This document shows, in pieces, positions 1 to 7,093 of a stretch of DNA of 64,000 nucleotides. The position numbers were made by a program, and so were the translations under genes. The notes beneath the pieces are model-generated. The model made no database searches. It was not told the DNA's origin and worked only from the letters and a program-made list of their open reading frames with translations. This DNA comes from Minisyncoccota bacterium (GTDB lineage: Bacteria > Patescibacteriota > Minisyncoccia > Moranbacterales > GCA-2747515), in the NCBI GenBank assembly GCA_937936355.1, contig CALDDM010000002.1:93173-157172 (forward strand), given 5' to 3'. Position 1 is the first letter of the stretch. Each line of letters opens with the position of its first letter.

Positions 1-1383
1 ATCATTGATCGAGATTACACCAGAGCCAAATATAATGACACAATATACTACAGTTGCCGCAGTAGCTGTTATCAGCATATTACCTGTACCCACTACAAAG
101 ACAGCACACATACCACTTGCAGCGAGCGCATAAGCCCACGCCTTCTCAACATAGGGACGAAAAGGTGTCCTTGTTATGATCAGCCAGAGCACAGCACACA
201 TCACGAAGATTTCAGTCATAACTGATGTATATGCCGCACCATAGTATGAGTATTTTGGTATTAATATAACATTGAGAATGATATTTATTGCAGCAGCTAT
301 CAAAAGTATTTTCATCAGAGTTTTTTGTAAATTTGCTGCTATAGCAACACTCATAAAAAGATGTCCAAAAAATATACCAATCAAAGTAAAGCTAATTACA
401 CGCAAAACGCCAACAGCAGCCACAAACTGATCACCTCCGATCACAGCAATTGCCAATGGAGATAAGAAGAAAAGTCCAATTACCGCAGGAATTACGACGA
501 CTGCAAAGAACTTTATAGCACTTTCAATGACTTCATGAAATTTTTCCTCATTCGTAAATATGTGTCGAGACAGCAATGGAAATATGAGGCCTGTAACCAT
601 TGCTGGGAAGAATATCAATGTTTCAATCACTTTGTAGGCAACACCGTAGATCCCAACATCACCATCAGCCTGAAAAAAAGATAGAAGTATTGCATCTATT
701 TTAAAATATAGAAAGGTAGCGAGTGCACTTATGCCTAGTGGTAAGGATTTTTTTAAAAAGGATTTCCAGTATGGAACATCCCACTGCAACCTAATCTTTA
801 TATACTTTCTTACAAACCAATATACAAGGAAGAAATTTGTGATCATAGCTGCAACAACAGCTATTACTGACCACACAAATGGCAATTTCATCTGAATACT
901 GACAAAAACAATACCGAGCTGCATAAGTTTCCCGGTAAACTCAGCTATAGCAACCTTATCCATTGCTACTTTTTTTTGAAATACACCATTAAGCAGACTG
1001 TAGCTTGATGAGAAAAGGAAGGCAATTGCAATCAGCGCTATCGCAATTTGTGTTTCTTTGTCATATGGCAAGATCCAGGCGAGTAATCCCAAGCACACGA
1101 AAAGGCTCCCAGAAATAAGAAGTCTCAGTAGGAAAATTTTTCCAATAATCACCTCTTCATCAGCACCATCTCTTGAGATTTCTCTTGTGGTGATTGCGTA
1201 TAAACCCATATCTGCAATTGCCATAAACAATCCCATGTAGGACAAGGCAATTGTATACTTACCATAGCCACTATCTCCTAGGTGTCGTGTCAACATACTC
1301 ACGACATAGAGGGCAAGTGCTATAGAAATTATTTTTGTAATACCTACAAAAATAATGTTATATGATATTTTTTGTGCAATCAT
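1..1383 (-). CDS. MOP-superfamily polysaccharide / lipid-linked oligosaccharide flippase (Wzx/MurJ-like); C-terminus cut by window edge
   Basis: Not in the ORF track because it runs off the window. My own minus-strand translation from ATG 1383-1381 is an uninterrupted 461-codon frame down to position 1 (MIAQKISYNIIFVGITKIISIALALYVVSMLTRHLGDSGYGKYTIALSYMGLFMAIADMGLY...GVISIND). It has many hydrophobic spans typical of polysaccharide-biosynthesis flippases. The start overlaps the jag stop (ATGA). Confidence 0.65.
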   Translation of the reverse strand, partial: MIAQKISYNIIFVGITKIISIALALYVVSMLTRHLGDSGYGKYTIALSYMGLFMAIADMGLYAITTREISRDGADEEVIIGKIFLLRLLISGSLFVCLGLLAWILPYDKETQIAIALIAIAFLFSSSYSLLNGVFQKKVAMDKVAIAEFTGKLMQLGIVFVSIQMKLPFVWSVIAVVAAMITNFFLVYWFVRKYIKIRLQWDVPYWKSFLKKSLPLGISALATFLYFKIDAILLSFFQADGDVGIYGVAYKVIETLIFFPAMVTGLIFPLLSRHIFTNEEKFHEVIESAIKFFAVVVIPAVIGLFFLSPLAIAVIGGDQFVAAVGVLRVISFTLIGIFFGHLFMSVAIAANLQKTLMKILLIAAAINIILNVILIPKYSYYGAAYTSVMTEIFVMCAVLWLIITRTPFRPYVEKAWAYALAASGMCAVFVVGTGNMLITATAATVVYCVIIFGSGVISIND

Positions 1384-1868
1384 ACTGCATCAATGATGCT
1401 ATTTGGTTTTACAACAACCTTTCTTTCGTCTCCATCCCCAATACTGTCTGTATCTACGTTTTTATTTGAAGCAAGCGTTGTGTGTATTAGCCGTCTTTCG
1501 TATGGACTCATAGGTCGTAAAACAATTGGCTTCTTTGTTTGTGTCGCTGTTTTCGCTGCGTCTAGCGCAATTCTCTCAAACATCCGCGCTTTTCCCTCTT
1601 TGTATTCATTTACATCAATCGTGAATCTCTTTTTGATACCTTTCTGTCGAGCAATGACATGTGCAAGATGCTCAAATGCTCGCAAATTTCCACCATGATG
1701 CCCTATAAAACGCTGCGCATCTGTCTGTGTTTTAATCATAAATGTACACTCAGATTCTAACTCTGAATCCGACTCACTTAAAACTTCCTTAATTGTTGGA
1801 TCGACATCAAAACCCATTTCCTTGAAAAGGTACACTATGATTTCATGAATTTGTTGTTTTTCATTCAT
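1380..1868 (-). CDS. jag: Jag/SpoIIIJ-associated RNA-binding protein (KH + R3H)
   Basis: ORF 1380..1928. KH-like IGHHGGNLRAFEHL and R3H YERRLIHTTL motifs. Lies directly downstream of yidC as in the conserved rpmH-rnpA-yidC-jag cluster. Start placed at ATG 1868 (MNEKQQIHEII...); the ATG at 1928 is also possible. Confidence 0.8.
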   Translation of the reverse strand: MNEKQQIHEIIVYLFKEMGFDVDPTIKEVLSESDSELESECTFMIKTQTDAQRFIGHHGGNLRAFEHLAHVIARQKGIKKRFTIDVNEYKEGKARMFERIALDAAKTATQTKKPIVLRPMSPYERRLIHTTLASNKNVDTDSIGDGDERKVVVKPNSIIDAV

Positions 1869-1947
1869 AATTGTTTTTAGGAAAATAACACGCTTTGGGT
1901 GGTTGCCACTTGTGTCTTTAACAATCAATACGCTCTTGTAGGGCCTC

Positions 1948-2703
1948 CTAGGCTTTCATAACAAACCATTGTTGCACAACTGTAAACAACGTAGATGTGA
2001 ACCAGTAGAGTGTTAGCCCAGCAGGGAATGTAAATCCTATAAACAACGTCATTGCAGGGATAATGAATAACATTTGCTTTTGCATTGTTTGCGCAAAGTC
2101 AGGGTCTCCAAAGCCTCCTGCGGACTTCTTTTTTTCTTTTGGAACATCTTTCTCTTTGTCAACTTCCTCACCATTTTTCCCCTTTTTTTGCATCATAGCA
2201 ATTTGAATATACGTCAGTATTGCTGTAATGACGGCGAGAAAGTAGTTCACTTCACCAAGTTCTAGAAAACCAAGCCCAACCTCCTTTATACTCTCAATTT
2301 GAGGAGTTATGCTATATAAATCCTCTGCCTTTGGCATAAATTCCTGCTCTCCAGACAGGTTAAAAATAACGCGGTACATCGCAAAAAAGAGAACAATCAT
2401 TACAATAAGCGGTAAACATCCTGCTGCAGGATTAATTCCATGTTCCTTGTAAAGAGCCATCGTTTCTTTGGCAATTTTTTCTTTATCACCTTTATTTTTT
2501 TCTTGTAACTCCTTAATTTTTGGTTGTACTTCTTGGATTTTTTTTTGCGAGTCAATTTGCTTACGTGACAGTGGTAAGAGTGCAAATTTTATCAAAACTG
2601 TTAGAGCGATAATTGCAATTGCAAAATCATTCCACAAGAAATGGTACAGTGCGATTAGTGCATTATAAATTGGTTGGTAAAAAAGCTCGTTAAAAATACT
2701 CAT
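1948..2703 (-). CDS. yidC: membrane protein insertase YidC (short Oxa1-type)
   Basis: 251 aa and multi-TM. Has a basic K/E-rich loop and a C-terminal FPAGLTLYWFTSTLFTVVQQ motif. Conserved position after rnpA. Confidence 0.9.
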   Translation of the reverse strand: MSIFNELFYQPIYNALIALYHFLWNDFAIAIIALTVLIKFALLPLSRKQIDSQKKIQEVQPKIKELQEKNKGDKEKIAKETMALYKEHGINPAAGCLPLIVMIVLFFAMYRVIFNLSGEQEFMPKAEDLYSITPQIESIKEVGLGFLELGEVNYFLAVITAILTYIQIAMMQKKGKNGEEVDKEKDVPKEKKKSAGGFGDPDFAQTMQKQMLFIIPAMTLFIGFTFPAGLTLYWFTSTLFTVVQQWFVMKA

Positions 2704-2807
2704 TCTTTTCTCGTTTAGGTAAATATATCTTTTTCCAATCGTGATGGCGTGTATCTGAAGCTTTCGTGATTTTCTCTTTATCAGAGCTCACTATCTGATC
2801 AGCTGCG

Positions 2808-3137
2808 CTATGGATTTTCACTAAAAACCTGTTCAAATAAATCTTTTGCCTGTGTGTATGATAGCATTTCTGACCGTGACTTGTCAGTAACGACAATATT
2901 GTATTTTTGTGTCTTTTTATCCAAAACATCACGTAGCGCTTGTGTCAACACCCTTCTTTGCCTGTTTCTTTGTACAGCCTTTTTGGAAAACTGCTTACTG
3001 ACAATAATCGCAACCCTTGTTTGCTGTGATTTTATGAAATGTACGCGTACGCCTTGATTAATCCTTTTGGATACCCCTCTTCTTACCACATTTCGTATCG
3101 CTTTGGCTGCGTGCAACCTTTCATTATATGGAAACAT
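2808..3137 (-). CDS. rnpA: ribonuclease P protein component
   Basis: 109-aa basic protein with an RNR-type motif (KAVQRNRQRRVL). Lies between rpmH and yidC. Confidence 0.85.
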   Translation of the reverse strand: MFPYNERLHAAKAIRNVVRRGVSKRINQGVRVHFIKSQQTRVAIIVSKQFSKKAVQRNRQRRVLTQALRDVLDKKTQKYNIVVTDKSRSEMLSYTQAKDLFEQVFSENP

Positions 3138-3201
3138 CTTATTTTCATATTTTCTTACACAAAGAAAAAAGTAGCTTTTGGCTACTTTTCGGTCTCAGTC
3201 T

Positions 3202-3336
3202 CTAAACTGCAAGTCTTTTACGCCCCTTTTTTCTTCGACCTGCCAAGACTTTTCTCCCTGTACTTGTTGCCATTCGCTTCAAAAAGCCATGCACTCTACT
3301 TCTTTTACGTTTTTTAGGCTGATATGTTCTTTTCAT
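3202..3336 (-). CDS. rpmH: 50S ribosomal protein L34
   Basis: Below the 60-aa cutoff of the ORF track. Hand translation of the minus strand gives [44 protein letters not shown] (44 aa), a textbook L34 sequence in the canonical position upstream of rnpA. Confidence 0.92.
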   Translation of the reverse strand: MKRTYQPKKRKRSRVHGFLKRMATSTGRKVLAGRRKKGRKRLAV

Positions 3337-3372
3337 TGTTGTGAAGATTTGACATTACTATCGTGTTGCGTA

Positions 3373-3401
3373 ACTGTAGCATTCTCTCCATATAAAGTCA
3401 A
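3373..3401 (-). promoter_or_regulatory. sigma70-type promoter for the rpmH-rnpA-yidC-jag operon
   Basis: Minus strand reads TTGACT (3401-3396), a 17-nt spacer, then TACAGT (3378-3373), about 40 nt upstream of the rpmH ATG. Confidence 0.5.
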
Positions 3402-3448
3402 TTACTTTAATTCTTCGTTCTGCATTATAGTTTAGTTTTTTATTAGTT

Positions 3449-3589
3449 TTGTACACATATTATTCACATTATTCACACTTTATAAACAGTTTTATGCTCT
3501 ATATTGGTTTTTTTTATAAATTTGATGGTGGTATAATCCTTGTTACACACAGTTTATACTCCAAATCTCAGACTTTTTCCTGTGGAAAA
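3449..3589. promoter_or_regulatory. DnaA-box cluster upstream of dnaA (left part of bipartite oriC / dnaA autoregulation)
   Basis: Two abutting direct TTATTCACA boxes at 3460-3468 and 3469-3477, each 1 mismatch from TTATCCACA. TGTGGAAAA at 3581-3589 is the reverse orientation with 1 mismatch. TTGTACACA at 3449-3457 has 2 mismatches. Confidence 0.55.
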
Positions 3590-3619
3590 CATGTCAATTA
3601 CTCTCTAAAATCTGTTTTT

Positions 3620-5014
3620 ATGGCAAATCAAGAACTATGGGAAAAAGCTCTTGCATCGATTGAACTGTCTATTTCTCAAGCAAACTTCAGTACATGGTTC
3701 AAAAATACGATCATTCTCTCTCTTGATGGAGGTCATATTGTGATCGGTGTGCCCAACGGATTTGCCAAGGAGTGGCTTGAGAATAAGTACCAAAACTACA
3801 TCCTTACGGCTTTACGAGAAATTGAGCCCTCGATCTCTGGTATGAGTTGTAGCGTCTATAACCCTCAGACATACACACCTCCTACAGAGAATTCTGAGCT
3901 ACCCCCTGAAACTACACCTACACCACAACAACCTAATCCCCACGCACAAAAAGAATCTGTTGTACCGCAGTTCTCGCCACAGAAAAATACACATAACCTC
4001 AATGAACGCTACACTTTTGATAACTTTGTTGTAGGGGAGCATAATGAGCTTGCTAAGGCAGCCTGTGTCGCTGTCAGTGAGAATCTTGGCAAGATTTATA
4101 ATCCTCTCTTTATCTACGGTCATGTTGGCCTTGGTAAAACACATCTCCTCCAATCTATAGGAAATGCACTGATTAAAAAAGATCCGCAAAAACGTGTTAT
4201 TTACATTACATCAGAGCGTTTTACTACTGAACTTGTAGAGTCTATTAAGAGTAATACAGCAAATCACTTCAAAGATCGTTACACAAACATTGATCTTCTG
4301 ATTATTGATGATGTCCAATTTCTTCAAGGCAAGGATAAAACTCAGCAAGAATTTTTTCATATTTTCAACTCCCTCCATCAACAGGATAAGCAAATCGTAA
4401 TCTCAAGTGATCGAAATCCCAAGGCAATTACAACTCTTGAGGAGCGACTTCGTTCGCGCTTTGAGGGCGGCATGATTGTTGATGTAGGCTCACCAGATCT
4501 TGAAACTCGCTTTGCTATCTTGCGTGAAAAAGCAGAGATTAAAGGTTTTTACGTCTCAGAGGACACACTTCGGTTTGTTGCTGAAAATATTAAAAATAAT
4601 GTTCGTGAGCTTGAAGGAGCCCTTAATCGCATCATCGCTTTCTCTGAACTGAAGAAGCAAGAGCCTACCATGGAACTTGCTCAGGCAGCACTCGCTGAAA
4701 TTATAGAAAGCAGCAAGAAAAAGGCAGTTCAAAGTAAGGATGTTGTCGCTGTTATTTCTTCATTCTATGAGGTTTCTCCTGAAGAATTGATTGTAAAAGG
4801 ACGAAAAAAAGAGGTTGTCCACCCACGACAAGTAGCAATGTACCTCTTACGAAAGGAGTTAAATATGTCTTACCCTGGTATCGGTAAATATTTCGGTGGT
4901 CGTGACCATACCACAGCTCTTCATGCATATGAAAAAATCCATAAATTAGCTGGGGAAGATTCTCGCTTCTCGGAGGAGCTTTCATTTCTCGTGGACCGTC
5001 TTTATACTGTCTGA
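3620..5014 (+). CDS. dnaA: chromosomal replication initiator DnaA
   Basis: ORF 3449..5014. Walker A GHVGLGKTHLL, Walker B LLIIDDVQF, and the C-terminal DNA-binding helix GGRDHTTALHAYEKI. The typical N-terminus MANQELWEKALASIELSISQANFSTWF begins at ATG 3620. The track's upstream extension starts at TTG and runs across the DnaA boxes, so it is rejected. Confidence 0.95.
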   Translation: MANQELWEKALASIELSISQANFSTWFKNTIILSLDGGHIVIGVPNGFAKEWLENKYQNYILTALREIEPSISGMSCSVYNPQTYTPPTENSELPPETTPTPQQPNPHAQKESVVPQFSPQKNTHNLNERYTFDNFVVGEHNELAKAACVAVSENLGKIYNPLFIYGHVGLGKTHLLQSIGNALIKKDPQKRVIYITSERFTTELVESIKSNTANHFKDRYTNIDLLIIDDVQFLQGKDKTQQEFFHIFNSLHQQDKQIVISSDRNPKAITTLEERLRSRFEGGMIVDVGSPDLETRFAILREKAEIKGFYVSEDTLRFVAENIKNNVRELEGALNRIIAFSELKKQEPTMELAQAALAEIIESSKKKAVQSKDVVAVISSFYEVSPEELIVKGRKKEVVHPRQVAMYLLRKELNMSYPGIGKYFGGRDHTTALHAYEKIHKLAGEDSRFSEELSFLVDRLYTV

Positions 5015-5547
5015 TCTACGCGCGCTCCACACTTTCTTTGGAGGGGAGATTTATTTATAGAGCCACCACCCTAACATCTTTACCTATATCAATCCTCATA
5101 CATTTATCTTCCTCATGAGGTTATACAATAATTTCTCATCTCATCTCTTATAGTTATTAGTGGATTTTTTTTACTATAATTTGTGCATAACACCCTTCTA
5201 TACAAAATTTAAACCTATTCACCCAATACCCTCAATGTGAATGTGTTCCAAAAATTATAGATACTTATACATTTTTGTGTGTATTTTTTGTGAGTATGTG
5301 GATAAGCATTGTATGAAGTCTGTATAAATTCTGTAATGGTCTGCGATAAGTTTGTGGGTAAATGCTATACTTACTTGTGGGTAAATCCATAAATAATTTT
5401 TACCTCATTTTTTTGAAAATTTATACTATTATTATACAGAAAAAATAATACATTTGGACTATTTTTTTCGCATTATTACTACTGTTATTACTGTTATCCC
5501 CATATCCACACACTAGTAGTAATAATAAATTATTTATATATAGAAAT
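5015..5547. other. candidate oriC (dnaA-dnaN intergenic, 533 bp, AT-rich, multiple DnaA boxes)
   Basis: Perfect box TGTGGATAA at 5297-5305. One-mismatch boxes: TGTGCATAA 5182-5190, TGTGGGTAA 5353-5361 and 5376-5384, TTATCCCCA 5494-5502, ATATCCACA 5502-5510. Very AT-rich tracts at about 5400-5470 and 5515-5547 could be the unwinding element. No credible ORF. Confidence 0.65.
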
Positions 5548-6732
5548 ATGGTTACAGAAATTCCAACAAAAAATATGGCACATGAAAATCTAAGTGCAAC
5601 GTGTACGTATGAGAATCTAAAAAAATCTGTAAAGGCTATCGAAGGTATGGTTGGTCGTGATTTAGCGATGCCTGTCATTCAGAATATTCTCATTGAAACA
5701 AAAAATCAATCACTTTATCTTAGTGCTACAAATTTAGAAATTGGTGCTGTCCAAAAGGTGCCTGCAAAAACAAATGGTGATTGGAGGATTGTTATCGCGC
5801 CGAAGTTGCTTACAGGTTTTTTAACTGCCATCCGAGGTGGTGAACATATTACCCTCATAAAAGATGGTGAAAGTCTGATTGTTAAGAATGATTCTTATGA
5901 AAGTGAAATAAAAGGTTTGGATGCTGAAGACTTTCCTATCATTCCGCTCTCAGACGTTTCACAAGGTACTTCAGTTGATCTTCAAGCTCTTCAGAGAGGT
6001 CTTACTGCAACTCTTCCATTTGTGACGCATACAGAGATTCGTCCTGAATTGACTGGTGTGTATGTAGCCCTTAAGGGTGATGAGATATATATGGTTGCAA
6101 CTGATAGTTTTCGACTTGGTGAAAAACGTCTATCTGTGAAGACTTTGTTTGGCAAGGACGTCAATCGTGGAACTGAACAGTTTCCTGAAGGTATTATATT
6201 GCCACAAAGAATTTGCCACTACATCAGTCGTTTGGATGTCGCTGAGAATCCCCAGATTACTTGGTATATTCATGAAAATCACCTTTCTCTTCAATACGGT
6301 GATCTTTACATTACAACACGTCTTATAGATGCGAATTATCCTGATTATACGCAAATCATCCCAATGAAAACTGAAACAAATGTCATTTTAAAAAAGGAGG
6401 ACCTCATTGAGTCTATGCGTGTTATGATGGTATTTTCTCAGAATGAGGTTAATGAAATTGTATTACGTGTTAATGATGATGTGATGGATGTTCAAACACG
6501 TAAGCAGGATAGTGGTTCAAGTGTTACTTCACTTAATGTTTCTGTAAGTGGTGATGAGAAGAGTGTTGTTGTAAATCCACGATATATTCTTGAGGGGATA
6601 CAAGGCATTCAATCAGAAGAGGTTTTTATAGGTATTAATACTGACGCAGCTCCACTTCTTTTTCGTGGTTCTGGAGAGAGTGGTATAGATTTGAGTTATA
6701 CGCATATAGTAATGCCTATCAAAAATAATTAG
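5548..6732 (+). CDS. dnaN: DNA polymerase III beta sliding clamp
   Basis: 394 aa with three-domain clamp-like repeats. It follows dnaA. The C-terminal ...YTHIVMPIK is typical. An alternative start is ATG 5575 (MAHENLS...). Confidence 0.9.
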   Translation: MVTEIPTKNMAHENLSATCTYENLKKSVKAIEGMVGRDLAMPVIQNILIETKNQSLYLSATNLEIGAVQKVPAKTNGDWRIVIAPKLLTGFLTAIRGGEHITLIKDGESLIVKNDSYESEIKGLDAEDFPIIPLSDVSQGTSVDLQALQRGLTATLPFVTHTEIRPELTGVYVALKGDEIYMVATDSFRLGEKRLSVKTLFGKDVNRGTEQFPEGIILPQRICHYISRLDVAENPQITWYIHENHLSLQYGDLYITTRLIDANYPDYTQIIPMKTETNVILKKEDLIESMRVMMVFSQNEVNEIVLRVNDDVMDVQTRKQDSGSSVTSLNVSVSGDEKSVVVNPRYILEGIQGIQSEEVFIGINTDAAPLLFRGSGESGIDLSYTHIVMPIKNN

Positions 6733-6756
6733 CTTGTTGAGATAAGATATTTTTTT

Positions 6757-7062
6757 GTGAAAAGTCTACAAAGTTTTTTTTCTAAGAATCGTGAGTTGAG
6801 CATTGATTCAACTGATGATAATACACAGAGTACTGTTGATGATAAGACAGTCTTTTACGTTTTTTCACGCATAATCTCTGAGGAGTATGGCAGAAAGGGT
6901 GAAAAGGCGATTATACCTTCGTTTTATCGTAATCGTATTATTTTTGTACGTTTTTCTGAGTCTTTGTGGGCACAAGAGGTTTGGACGAATAGACAGTATT
7001 TGATACGACGACTCAATGAAAGGGTTGGACAGAAGGTTGTCGTAAATATTAAGCCTCATTAA
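6757..7062 (+). CDS. DUF721 / DciA-like protein
   Basis: 101 aa with a GTG start. C-terminal pattern IIFVRFSESLWAQEVWTNRQYLIRRLNERVGQKVVVNIKP resembles DUF721 proteins, which commonly follow dnaN/recF. Confidence 0.55.
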   Translation: MKSLQSFFSKNRELSIDSTDDNTQSTVDDKTVFYVFSRIISEEYGRKGEKAIIPSFYRNRIIFVRFSESLWAQEVWTNRQYLIRRLNERVGQKVVVNIKPH

Positions 7063-7093
7063 AGCATGTAAAAAACCTCGTTCAACGAGATTT

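Noticed and set aside
2690-2932. 80-aa minus-strand ORF between yidC and rnpA, in the position where yidD often lies
   Set aside because: It overlaps the 3' end of rnpA by about 125 nt. It also lacks the conserved Cys-containing YidD motif (CRFxPxCS); it contains one Cys, but not in that context. It is most likely a chance ORF.
3449-3619. N-terminal extension of the dnaA ORF from a TTG start
   Set aside because: The extension is F/Y/I-rich nonsense-like sequence that runs straight through the DnaA boxes. The conserved DnaA N-terminus begins at ATG 3620.
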